Shown here piece after piece: positions 29,153-38,306 of a DNA stretch of 64,000 bases. The position numbers and the translations under genes were made by a program. Positions within the stretch are counted from its first letter, which is position 1. Every line of letters begins with the position of its first letter. The notes under the pieces were generated by a model, which worked only from the letters and a program-made list of their open reading frames with translations, did no database searches and was not told where the DNA came from. The DNA is from Gemmatimonadota bacterium (GTDB lineage Bacteria > Gemmatimonadota > Gemmatimonadetes > Longimicrobiales > Gaopeijiaceae): NCBI GenBank assembly GCA_034521595.1, contig JAXHMG010000003.1:2208001-2272000 (forward strand), read 5' to 3'.

Positions 29153-30607
29153 ATGGCGACGAGTTGGACCATCGACGAGCTCCAACGGTGGGACGAGCAC
29201 ATCCGCGAACAGGCGGAGGCGTTCGGGCTCGTCCTCCGGCCTCAGGAGTTCGAGATCTGCGATCGTGAACAGATGCTCGGATACATGGCCTACTCGGGCA
29301 TGCCGTCCCACTATCCGCATTGGTCGTACGGCAAGCGCTACGAGCGCATGAAGACGCTGCACGACTACGGCGTGACGGGCCTTCCCTACGAGATGGTGAT
29401 CAACAGCCACCCGGCGCTCGCCTACCTCATGCGGGACAACACGCTGGCCCAACAGGTCCTGACGATGGCGCACGTCTACGGGCACAACGACTTCTTCGAG
29501 AACAACTTCAACTTCGAGCCCACCCGTCCGGACCTCACCCTCGGCCGCTTCAAAGTGCGCGCCGACCGCATCCGTCGGTACGTGGAGGATCCGTCGATCG
29601 GCCTCGAGCGGGTCGAGCAAGTGCTCGACGCCGCGCACGCGCTATCGCTCCAGGTCCAGCGCAACCCGGCGATCCAGAAGCTGAGCCGCGAGGAGCAGGA
29701 GGAGCGGGCCCTGGCCCGGGCGCGGCCCCGCAAGGAGCCCCACCACGAGATCCGGACGCCGGACGAGCCCGTCGAAGTGGACCTCCACCGGACGCCGCTC
29801 GAGCCCGAGTCCGACCTCCTGCTCTTCATCCGGGACCACAATCCGTACCTGGCCGAGTGGGAGCGGGACGTCCTCACCATCGTGCACGACCAGGCTCGCT
29901 ACTTCGTGCCGCAGATCGAGACGAAGATCATGAACGAGGGGTGGGCCACGTACTGGCACCACCGGATCCTCAACGCGCTCGCGCTGCCCGAGGACCTGCA
30001 CATGGAGTTCCTGGTCCACCACAGCCAGGTGATCCGCACGCAGAAGGGCGACATCAACCCCTACCACCTCGGCTTCGTGCTCTGGCACGACATCCGGCGG
30101 CGCGCCGCCGGCGAGGAGGGACGCCCTGGCGAGGTCGACGTCCAGCGACTCCTCGAGGCCGGAGACGAGCCCCTTCCGGGCGAAGAGGAGCTCTTCGAGA
30201 TCCGGGAGGTGGACCGGGACGTGTCGTTCCTGCGGCGGTTCCTCACCTGGGACGTCATGCGCGAGCTCGACCTGTTCGAGTACGAGGAGGAAGACGAGGA
30301 CCTGGTGGTCTCACGGGTGTCGGACGCCGACGAGTGGACCCGGGTGAAGGAAACGCTCCTCCGGCAGGTCGGGATGGGCTCGGTCCCGGACATCCGCGTG
30401 CACGACGCCGACATGGACCGCAACCGCGTGCTTCTGCTCCGCCACCACCACGACGGAAGGGACCTCGACCTGGGGTACGCCGAGCAGACGCTCCGCCACA
30501 TCCACCGTCTCTGGGGACGCACGGTCGTCCTGGAGACGCGGATGGGAGAGGAAGCCGAGAAGGCCGTGCTCTCGTACGACGAGGAGGAGGGGTTCGAGGT
30601 CGCCTGA
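29153..30607 (+). CDS. spoVR: SpoVR/YcgB family protein
   Basis: YPHWSYGK, YEMVINS, AHVYGHNDFF, TKIMNEGWATYWH and NPYHLG. Confidence 0.93.
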   Translation: MATSWTIDELQRWDEHIREQAEAFGLVLRPQEFEICDREQMLGYMAYSGMPSHYPHWSYGKRYERMKTLHDYGVTGLPYEMVINSHPALAYLMRDNTLAQQVLTMAHVYGHNDFFENNFNFEPTRPDLTLGRFKVRADRIRRYVEDPSIGLERVEQVLDAAHALSLQVQRNPAIQKLSREEQEERALARARPRKEPHHEIRTPDEPVEVDLHRTPLEPESDLLLFIRDHNPYLAEWERDVLTIVHDQARYFVPQIETKIMNEGWATYWHHRILNALALPEDLHMEFLVHHSQVIRTQKGDINPYHLGFVLWHDIRRRAAGEEGRPGEVDVQRLLEAGDEPLPGEEELFEIREVDRDVSFLRRFLTWDVMRELDLFEYEEEDEDLVVSRVSDADEWTRVKETLLRQVGMGSVPDIRVHDADMDRNRVLLLRHHHDGRDLDLGYAEQTLRHIHRLWGRTVVLETRMGEEAEKAVLSYDEEEGFEVA

Positions 30608-30743
30608 GCGGCCGCCCCGTCCGGTACGCGATCGAGCCTTCCACCGCTAGATTTCGAGTGACTCGCCGAAGCGAGCGCGTCGTCTCGCGGTCGTGAGGTC
30701 ACGCTCGAATGGGATGCCGATGAGCCACCTGTCGGAAGGCCGG

Positions 30744-31085
30744 ATGCGCGAGCTGGTCCTGACGCTTCTGGTGGCGTCTTTCGCGGTTTTCGTGCATCCA
30801 GCACCGACCGCGACCGAGTCCGACAGTTCTCAGGCCACACTCGGCCAGGTCAGCGAGCCGCCCCCGGCGGCTCTACCCACGCTGTCGCCGACCCTCTCGG
30901 CCGACGCGAGCCAGGAGTGGTCCAGCCGCGGCCACCACCACCATGCCCGTGTATCAGCGGACCCGTTCGCCGGGCATGAACCGAGCATATCCGGACCGTC
31001 GGACCCCGACGCCCTCACGCGCACGCTCGGCGGGTCCTTGCTCGGCCTCCCCACCGCTCCGGCCAACGCCCCTCCCCGCGGCTGA
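30744..31085 (+). CDS. Putative secretion-targeted leader ORF ending PANAPP
   Basis: N-terminal hydrophobic helix, Pro/Ser-rich linker, GHHHH and C-terminal TAPANAPPRG. Confidence 0.45.
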   Translation: MRELVLTLLVASFAVFVHPAPTATESDSSQATLGQVSEPPPAALPTLSPTLSADASQEWSSRGHHHHARVSADPFAGHEPSISGPSDPDALTRTLGGSLLGLPTAPANAPPRG

Positions 31086-31191
31086 ACCGCGAACACCGCC
31101 GAGGTGGTCGCAGCAGACCAGCCGCAGCTCGCCCCGCTCGCTCGCGAGGCGGGCTCCTCAGCACGATTCCATTCCCGGGGAGGGAATTCCC

Positions 31192-31389
31192 ATGCATACG
31201 CTCATCCAAGCCGTCGCAATCTTCGCGCTCATGCAGAACGCCGAGGGAGGCCAGACCTCCAACGGGTTCCTGCAGTCCATTCCGCGCGATCCCGCTTCTA
31301 TCTTCGCTCTGCTCGTGATCATCGTCGGAGCGGGCGCCGTCATGTGGTTCGGACGCCCGAAGGGCAACGGAAACGAGACCACCGACTGA
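31192..31389 (+). CDS. Small membrane protein (65 aa)
   Basis: GGAGG RBS; C-terminal TM helix SIFALLVIIVGAGAVMWFG. Confidence 0.65.
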   Translation: MHTLIQAVAIFALMQNAEGGQTSNGFLQSIPRDPASIFALLVIIVGAGAVMWFGRPKGNGNETTD

Positions 31390-31452
31390 CCCGGGAGACC
31401 TCGAGGCACCGCCGATCGGCCTGTGAGGCCGGTCGGCGGACGGCTCGATCCC

Positions 31453-31800
31453 TCAGGTCGGAGGCTCGTCCGGCCAGAGTTCGAGGCCCCGCACGTCTTC
31501 GAAATCGCGTCGGTTCAGGCTCCAGAGGGCCGCGTTCCACGAGATGGCGCACGCGGCTATGGCGAGGTCGAGCTCGCGCCCTCGGGGACGTGCCACCGCC
31601 CCGTAGAGACCGGCCGCGACCCTCGCTTCGGCGGGACCGAAGGGCACGGCGGAGGTACGCGGACCACGCCACCATTCGTAAAGGACGAGGGTGGGCAACA
31701 GGATCCGGTGACCCGCGTCGATCGCAGCGCGCAGAGCGTTCCTCGTGGGACCGTCGGAGCCGAACGCGTCGATCAGCACCGAGGTGTCGAGCAGGATCAC
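31453..31800 (-). CDS. vapC: PIN-domain (VapC-like) toxin
   Basis: MILLDTSVLI, YEW, DLAIAACA and LWSLNRRDF; start overlaps the antitoxin stop. Confidence 0.85.
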   Translation of the reverse strand: MILLDTSVLIDAFGSDGPTRNALRAAIDAGHRILLPTLVLYEWWRGPRTSAVPFGPAEARVAAGLYGAVARPRGRELDLAIAACAISWNAALWSLNRRDFEDVRGLELWPDEPPT

Positions 31801-32096
31801 GCCCCGCCCTCGGGATCCGTCCTCCGCCCTCGCCGCCGGCGAGACGCACGCAGCGCTTCGAGGTCGGCATCCAGTTCCTCTCGGGGTCGGTCAGGAAGAG
31901 CCTCCGTGACCCGATCGAACCTCGCCAGCATGCGGTCGCGCTCTTCGTCCGACAAGCGTCCGAGGTGCTCGCCGTAGAGCTCGAGGGCCTCACGCACGAC
32001 CTGGCTCTTCGGGATGTCGAGCCGCGTCGCGGCCCGCTCCAACTCCCGAACAGCGCTGTCGTCGAGCGTGAAGGTGACCTTCTTCATGGATGGCAT
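31797..32096 (-). CDS. Ribbon-helix-helix (CopG-type) antitoxin
   Basis: KKVTFTLDD...LERAATRL...KSQVVREAL; directly upstream of the PIN gene. Confidence 0.85.
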   Translation of the reverse strand: MPSMKKVTFTLDDSAVRELERAATRLDIPKSQVVREALELYGEHLGRLSDEERDRMLARFDRVTEALPDRPREELDADLEALRASRRRRGRRTDPEGGA

Positions 32097-32113
32097 ATCA
32101 TATATATGGTGTA

Positions 32114-32129
32114 TGTATGACGGCATACA
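32114..32129. promoter_or_regulatory. Palindromic operator of the TA operon
   Basis: TGTATG-ACGG-CATACA inverted repeat in an AT-rich stretch just upstream of the antitoxin start. Confidence 0.55.
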
Positions 32130-32254
32130 GTCTGTTGAACCAGGATTAGGAACTTTCGATGCGTCCGGTCACGCCGCGATGCGTTTCGCCACCCAGGCGC
32201 CTGCCGCGTCTACAAGAGCGCAGCTGTGCTCACACACCGGAGGCTGCGATCGCC

Positions 32255-32416
32255 ATGCGCATTCCGAGACAGTTCGTGCCCGCGGCGCACGTCGAACGCG
32301 AGGACTTGGCCCCGCTGCTGGGAATGATGGGCCTCTACTTCCTGGTCGTCTTCAGCGTGGGGGTGCTGAGACCCATCCGGAACTCCATCGCGCTCGACGG
32401 CCTGGCGGCTACGGAT
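32255..32416 (+). pseudogene. 5' fragment of an Npt1/Npt2-like (ADP/ATP carrier-type MFS) transporter
   Basis: GGAGG RBS plus ATG; EREDLAPLLGMMGLYFLVVFSVGVLRPIRNSIAL resembles the first TM; breaks off before the purA 3' end. Confidence 0.5.
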
Positions 32417-32441
32417 GGGAACCCCGAGGCCCCCACCCCGG

Positions 32442-33737
32442 TCAAGCCACCGGGATTATCTGCGTCCGCCGGGTCCCAACAGACACCCAGCGCACGGGCG
32501 TGCCCATGAGCTCCTGGATACGGTCGAGGTAGGCGCGGGCGTTGCGCGGGAGGTCTCCTAGATGACGGATTTCGGCAGTGGAACTCTCCCAACCCGGCAG
32601 CGTCTCGTAGACCGGCTCGAGCTCCGTCAACGACCAGGTATCGGCGGGGAAGCGCTCGGTCAGTGAGCCGTCGGGCAGGCGGTACGCGGTCGCCACCCGC
32701 AGCTCGGGCAGCGTGTCGAGCACGTCGAGCTTGGTGACCGCGAGCCCGGTGAGCCCGTTGACCTGGGCCGCGTGGCGCGCGAGCACGGCATCGAACCACC
32801 CGCACCGGCGCGGCCGCCCCGTGGTCGCGCCGAACTCGCCGCCGAGCTCGCGCACGCGCGCGTCCATCTCCGGGGAGAACGCGCTGGGGAGCGGTCCCTC
32901 ACCGACCCGGGTCGTATACGCCTTGATGACACCGATCACGGCGTCGATGGAGGTCGGCCCCACGCCCGTGCCCGTGGCGGCCGCGGCCGCGGTCGTGTTC
33001 GAGGACGTCACGAACGGGTACGTCCCGTGGTCGAGGTCGAGCGCCGTTCCCTGGGCTCCTTCCAGCAGCACGCGCTTTCCGTTCCGAAGCGCTTCGCTGA
33101 TCTCGGGGCCGGTGTCGGTCGCGAACTCGAGAAGGCGTTCACCGAGGGCCAACGCTTCGTCGAGCGCGCGGTCCATCTCTTCGTTGGCCCCGCCCCCCAT
33201 CTCCCGCAAGCGCTCGCAAATGCGTCCTTTGGCCTGATCCACCCGCTGCCGCAGCCGACTCGGGCTCGCGAGGTCCGCGACGCGCACGCCCCTCCGACCC
33301 GCCTTGTCCTCGTAGGCCGGTCCGATGCCACGTCCGGTCGTGCCGATCCGGTCCTCGGCCGCGGCCGAATCCTCGACGGCCCGGTCCATGAAGCGGTGGT
33401 AGGGAAGCAAGAGCTGAGCCCGTTCGCTGACCCCCACACGACCCGTGAGATCGAGGTCGCGCTCGAGCAGCGCGTCGTACTCTTCGAAGAACTGGTGGAT
33501 GTCGAGCACGACGCCGTTGCCGAGCAGGCAGCGCTTTCCTTCGTGCAGGACGCCGGACGGGATCTGGTGGAGGACGAACTCCTCGTCCGCCACGTGGACC
33601 GTATGTCCCGCGTTCGCTCCACCCTGGTACCGGGCCACGATGTCCACGTTCTCGGCCAGAACGTCTACGATCTTCCCCTTCCCTTCGTCCCCCCACTGAC
33701 AGCCGACGACGACCGTACACCTGCCTTGCTCGGACAT
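32442..33737 (-). CDS. purA: Adenylosuccinate synthetase
   Basis: QWGDEGKGK, GGANAGHT, IGTTGRGIGPAY, EGAQG and GATTGRPRRCGW. Confidence 0.98.
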   Translation of the reverse strand: MSEQGRCTVVVGCQWGDEGKGKIVDVLAENVDIVARYQGGANAGHTVHVADEEFVLHQIPSGVLHEGKRCLLGNGVVLDIHQFFEEYDALLERDLDLTGRVGVSERAQLLLPYHRFMDRAVEDSAAAEDRIGTTGRGIGPAYEDKAGRRGVRVADLASPSRLRQRVDQAKGRICERLREMGGGANEEMDRALDEALALGERLLEFATDTGPEISEALRNGKRVLLEGAQGTALDLDHGTYPFVTSSNTTAAAAATGTGVGPTSIDAVIGVIKAYTTRVGEGPLPSAFSPEMDARVRELGGEFGATTGRPRRCGWFDAVLARHAAQVNGLTGLAVTKLDVLDTLPELRVATAYRLPDGSLTERFPADTWSLTELEPVYETLPGWESSTAEIRHLGDLPRNARAYLDRIQELMGTPVRWVSVGTRRTQIIPVA

Positions 33738-33748
33738 TCGTACCCTCG

Positions 33749-33796
33749 AATAAAGAGAAAACGGGCCGCCCCCCGTTGCTTGGGGGATGGCCCGTT
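33749..33796 (-). terminator. Intrinsic-terminator-like hairpin in the purA 5' leader
   Basis: Minus strand AACGGGCCATCCCCC-AAGCAAC-GGGGGGCGGCCCGTT followed by TTCTCTTTATT. Confidence 0.6.
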
Positions 33797-33817
33797 GACC
33801 GCTGTATCCTTCGGGAA

Positions 33818-33846
33818 AAGCTAGGTGCGGGGGGAGGGGGTGTCAA
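33818..33846 (-). promoter_or_regulatory. Sigma-70 promoter for purA
   Basis: TTGACA-N17-TAGCTT on the minus strand. Confidence 0.7.
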
Positions 33847-33854
33847 CGAAACGG

Positions 33855-33880
33855 GGAACCCCGCGAGCCGGCATTCTGTT
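33855..33880 (+). promoter_or_regulatory. Candidate ECF (SigR/SigH-like) promoter
   Basis: GGAAC-N18-GTT upstream of the kinase-sigma-antisigma operon. Confidence 0.5.
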
Positions 33881-33929
33881 CGGAGGCTGACCACCCAGAT
33901 TCCGGCCTCAGACCCGCGAGCAGAGTCCT

Positions 33930-35326
33930 GTGCGATCCTGGTCTCTCATCTTCATCCTCCTCCTCGTCCCGGCGGCGCATCCGCTGCTCATGCCGTTGGT
34001 CGGGGTGCCGTCACACCTCCTCTGGTGGATTCACGTGCTGCCGGTCGCCCTCGTGGCTTTCCGGCACGGGTCGACGGGCGCCGCGGCGAGCATCGCGGCC
34101 TCGGTCGCGTTCGTGGTCGTGGGCGAGCGCCTCTTCGGAGCAGGGTACGGGATGGCTGCTCCGTGGGAGACCGTATGGTCGCTGGCGGTGGCGGTGCTGG
34201 GCACGCACTTCCTCGTCGCGGGCTTCGCTCTGTACGCACGCCGCACCGCACGGCGGTATCAGCTCCTCTTCGACAACGCCGCCTCCGCGATCCTCAGGAC
34301 CGACGAGAACGGCCGGGTGATCGCCGCCAACCCCGTGGCCCTGCGTTTGCTCAAGTGTGCTTGGACGGACATGAAGGGGCGCACGTTCGAAGAGATCCCG
34401 TGTCTGTCGCACGTTCCCGACCCGGCCACGCTGGTTCGCGAGGGGTGGTCGGGCACGCTGACATCGGGCGATCACCGACGCGCAACGCACCGTACACGTG
34501 ACCGTGGCCGCGGTAGGCGGAGAAGATCCCGCGGGCTACCAGGTCCTGATCGTGGACCGGAGCGAGGAGGTCGTGCACGACCGGGAGCTCCAACGCCAGG
34601 GCCGGCTCGCCGTGCTCGGCTCGACCCTCGCGGGCGTCGCTCACGAGATGAAGAACCCCCTTCAGGTCATCATGGGGCACACTCGAGCTCGGCCTGGATC
34701 CTGCCGCGCCGGCTTCCGAGATGCGCGAGTCCCTGGAGGTCATCGAGGAGCGCGCCGGGGTCCTCCGCGGGCTGGTGCAGGAGCTTCTCGGCTTCTCGCG
34801 CTCCGATACCGGACCCGACGAAGTGAGCCTCGCCGACGTGGTGCAGCGCATCGTGGCGCTCCAGCGCGTGAGCCACGGCCGCACGGTCGTCTTCGAGGAG
34901 AGGATTCTCTGGCACGACACGGTCGTGGCGAGCGCCGTTCGCGTCGAGCAGATACTCTCGAATCTGCTCTCCAACGCAGTGGATGCGGCCCCCGCCGGAC
35001 GGGGCATCGTCGGCGTCACTCTCTGGCGCGACGGACAGGACGCCGTGGTCGAGGTCGCGGACAACGGAGAAGGGATCGACCCGGAGCTGGGCGATCGGAT
35101 CTTCGAGCCCTTTGTCTCGACGAAGGATACGGAGCAAGGTACGGGACTGGGCCTCGCCATCTGCCGGCGCCTCGCCCTGGCGATGGGCGGCACGCTTTCG
35201 GCCCGCAATCATGCGGAAGGGGGCGCGGTGTTCGAGCTTCGCCTCCCCATCGCAGCCGAGAAGGCCGATACGGCGGCGCGTCACCCGATGGGCGCTTCGA
35301 CGTCCGGCGAGGCGTTGGCCCGATGA
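33930..35326 (+). pseudogene. Membrane PAS sensor histidine kinase with two frameshifts
   Basis: TM plus PAS (frame a), LAGVAHEMKNPL H-box (frame b), NLLSNAVDA/DNGEG/GTGLGL HATPase (frame c); shifts near 34465 and 34680. Confidence 0.8.
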
Positions 35327-36017
35327 GTCAGCAAGCCCTTTGGGAGAGAGTCCAGATGGCGTGGGCGGTGCTCGCCCGAAAGCGACGGCACGTCGTCGAC
35401 GGTGAGCGGACCCGGGAGGAACGGCCGAACCCCGAGGAGACGAGCCGGAATCGGCCAAAGAAGGGTTCTCGGAGGAGGCGCTCCCGTGGCTCGACGCAGT
35501 CTACAGCTTCGCGCTCAGGCTCACCGGGGGCGACGGCGACGACGCCGCGGATCTGGTTCAGGATACGTTCCTGCGGGCGCACCGCTTCTGGGACAGCTAT
35601 GAGCGGGGCACGAACGTAAAGTCGTGGTTGTTCACGATCTGTCGCAACACGTTCCTGCACCGCAAGGAGCTCGCTCGAAACCGCCGCGAAAAATCCGCGA
35701 CGGACATCGACACCGAGCTCGAAGCAATCCCCACAACGCCGCTCTTTCATACGGGGCGCCCGGATCCCGAGCAGACGTTCTTCCACGGGCTGATCGACGA
35801 GGAGGTCGTCGCGGCCATCGACGACCTTCCTCCCGACTTCAAGGACGTTCTGGTCTTGAGCGACCTCGGTGACCTTCGCTACGCCGAAATCTCCGAAGTC
35901 CTCGAGATCCCCGTGGGCACCGTGAAGAGCAGACTGTTCCGCGCACGCAACCTACTCCAGGAACGCCTCCGGGAATTCGCCATCAGCTCCGGCTATCTCG
36001 AGGAACCGGCACCATGA
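35323..36017 (+). pseudogene. ECF RNA polymerase sigma factor, N-terminus frameshifted
   Basis: FSEEALPWLDAVYSFALRL...DLVQDTFLRA...SWLFTICRN...YAEISEVLEIPVGTVKSRLFRAR; this frame is closed by TGA at 35403 with no start before region 2. Confidence 0.8.
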
Positions 36018-36301
36018 ACACCATGATGAAGAAGATGAACATGATGCGCTGCGACCAAGCCATGGCGCGCCTCTGGGAGTTTCTCGACGGCGAGCTGCCC
36101 GAGGAAGAGCACCGAGCGCTCGAACGGCATCTCGAAGTCTGCAGTCGCTGCTTTCCCGCGTACGACTTCCAACGGGCCTACCTCGAGTATACGCGCCACC
36201 TGGCCGCTCAGGAGCAGGCGCCCCCGGAGCTTCGGAAGGAAGTGTTCCTGAAGATTCTCGACCTGGAATCGAGCGACCAACAAGAAGGAGGAGGGTCATG
36301 A
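36014..36301 (+). CDS. ZAS (zf-HC2) anti-sigma factor
   Basis: C...LWEFLDGEL...HLEVCSRC (HxxxCxxC); start overlaps the sigma stop. Confidence 0.9.
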   Translation: MNTMMKKMNMMRCDQAMARLWEFLDGELPEEEHRALERHLEVCSRCFPAYDFQRAYLEYTRHLAAQEQAPPELRKEVFLKILDLESSDQQEGGGS

Positions 36302-37476
36302 CCCTCGAATCAGTGATATATGCGACCGCCCGCTCGACCGCTGCTCGGAGGACCTGGAAGCTCGGAGTGTCCCTGAGCTTCACGGTCTTGCTCACCACGC
36401 TGGCGTCACCGGCCGACGGGCGGGCGCAGCTCCCCACCCTACCTCAGGAAGACTGGCAGACGGACTTCACCAAGCACACGGTGCCGCTGGAGGAGATCGT
36501 CTCGGGAGGCCCGCCCAAAGACGGCATCCCCGCGATCGACGATCCCGACTTCGTGTCGGTGGACGACGCCGACGACTGGCTCGACGACCGTGAGCCGGTG
36601 ATCGTCGTGCGGCATGAGGGCGATGCCCGCGCCTATCCCTATCAGGTCATGATCTGGCACGAGATCGTGAACGACGAGGTCGGCGGCAAGCCGCTGGCGG
36701 TGACCTACTGCCCCCTCTGCAACACGGCGCTGGTGTTCGAGCGGGAGCATCCGGAAGGCCGGTTCGACTTCGGCACCACCGGACGCCTTCGCATGTCCGA
36801 CCTCATCATGTACGACCGGCAGACCGAAACCTGGTGGCAGCAGGCCTCGGGTGAAGCGATCGTGGGCGAGCTCGCCGGCGAGCGGCTCAAGCTCTTCCCG
36901 GCCCAGAGCACGAGCTGGAGCCAATTCAAGGAAGCGCATCCGGAGGGCCGCGTCCTGTCCCGTGACACCGGACACGACCGCCCCTACGGGCAGAATCCCT
37001 ACGAGGGATACGACACCCAGCCCGGCCCGTTCGAGCGGTTGTTCCGGAGCGATACGGACAACCGCCTGCCACCGATGGAGCGGGTCGCCGCGGTGACGTA
37101 CGGCGACCGTCCCGTCGCCTACCCGTTCTCGGCGCTGAGCGAGCAGCGGGTGGTGAACGACAAGATCGAAGGTGAATCGGTCGTCGTCCTCTGGGCGCCG
37201 GGAACGGCCAGCGCTCTGGATCGGGGCAACATCGCGGACGGACGGGACGTGGGCTCGAGCGGCGTGTTCCTGGCCACCCTGGACGACCGCACCCTCACCT
37301 TCGAGGCCGCGGGCGACGGACAATTCCGCGACCGTGAGACCGGAAGCACCTGGGACGTGACCGGGCGCGCGGTCGAAGGGCCCCTCTCGGGCACCCGTCT
37401 CGAGGCGATCCCCCACGGAGACTACCTCTGGTTCGCCTGGGCGGCGTTCCGGCCGAACACGGAGGTGAGACGGTGA
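36298..37476 (+). CDS. DUF3179 domain secreted protein (CxxC)
   Basis: GGPPKDGIPAIDDP, HEIVND, TYCPLCNT, MYDRQTETWWQQ and WFAWAAFRP. Confidence 0.85.
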   Translation: MTLESVIYATARSTAARRTWKLGVSLSFTVLLTTLASPADGRAQLPTLPQEDWQTDFTKHTVPLEEIVSGGPPKDGIPAIDDPDFVSVDDADDWLDDREPVIVVRHEGDARAYPYQVMIWHEIVNDEVGGKPLAVTYCPLCNTALVFEREHPEGRFDFGTTGRLRMSDLIMYDRQTETWWQQASGEAIVGELAGERLKLFPAQSTSWSQFKEAHPEGRVLSRDTGHDRPYGQNPYEGYDTQPGPFERLFRSDTDNRLPPMERVAAVTYGDRPVAYPFSALSEQRVVNDKIEGESVVVLWAPGTASALDRGNIADGRDVGSSGVFLATLDDRTLTFEAAGDGQFRDRETGSTWDVTGRAVEGPLSGTRLEAIPHGDYLWFAWAAFRPNTEVRR

Positions 37477-37532
37477 GCCCGACCAGGACATCCGCGACAA
37501 CTCGAAACCCGAACGGCTTAGAGGGAAGGCAC

Positions 37533-38306
37533 ATGACCCGGAAGCTCTGCTCGCTTCTTCTAGCAGGAATGCTCTCGGCGGGACCGGCCGTCGCTCAAAC
37601 TTCATCGTCGACCTTCGACCACGAGCTCTACGACGAGTTGCTGAGCGAGCACGTGACCGCGAGAGGCATGGTCGACTACGACGCCTTCGCCCGCTCGGAC
37701 GACTTTCAGACCTACCTCGACGCGTTGGCCGACGTGGACATGGCACGGCTGTCGACGCCCGAGCGGCTCGCTCTATGGATCAACGCCTACAACGCGTATA
37801 CCATCGAGCTCATCAATCGACACGAGGAAGACGAATCGATCCGCAACATCAACACGACGTTCGGCCTGGGCAGCGGCCCCTGGAAGGAACGATTCGCCGA
37901 CGTCGGTGGTGAAACGTACACGCTCGACGAGATCGAGCACGAGATCATCCGGCCTCGTTTCCAGGAGCCTCGGATCCACTTCGCCTTGGTCTGCGCGGCC
38001 ATGGGTTGCCCGCCCCTCCGGCAAGAAGCCTACACCGGCCCGCGAATCGACGAGCAGCTCGAGGAGCAGGCGCGCGTGTTCTTGCGCCGGCACACGGACA
38101 AGAACCGCGTGGACGTGGAGGAGGGTAAGATCTACTTGAGCTCCATCTTCGACTGGTATCGTGAAGACTTCCCGAAGGGTCGTGACGGGCTGGGTGAGTA
38201 TCTGGCCGATTTCTTCCCGCCGGGCCCGGAGCGCGAGCTGCTGAAGAGTGGCGATTTCGAGATCGAGCACACCGACTACGACTGGAGCCTCAATGCCCAA
38301 CGCTAG
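37533..38306 (+). CDS. DUF547 domain secreted protein
   Basis: LALWINAYNA, TLDEIEH, PRIHFALVCAAMGCPPL, SSIFDWYREDF and YDWSLN. Confidence 0.88.
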   Translation: MTRKLCSLLLAGMLSAGPAVAQTSSSTFDHELYDELLSEHVTARGMVDYDAFARSDDFQTYLDALADVDMARLSTPERLALWINAYNAYTIELINRHEEDESIRNINTTFGLGSGPWKERFADVGGETYTLDEIEHEIIRPRFQEPRIHFALVCAAMGCPPLRQEAYTGPRIDEQLEEQARVFLRRHTDKNRVDVEEGKIYLSSIFDWYREDFPKGRDGLGEYLADFFPPGPERELLKSGDFEIEHTDYDWSLNAQR

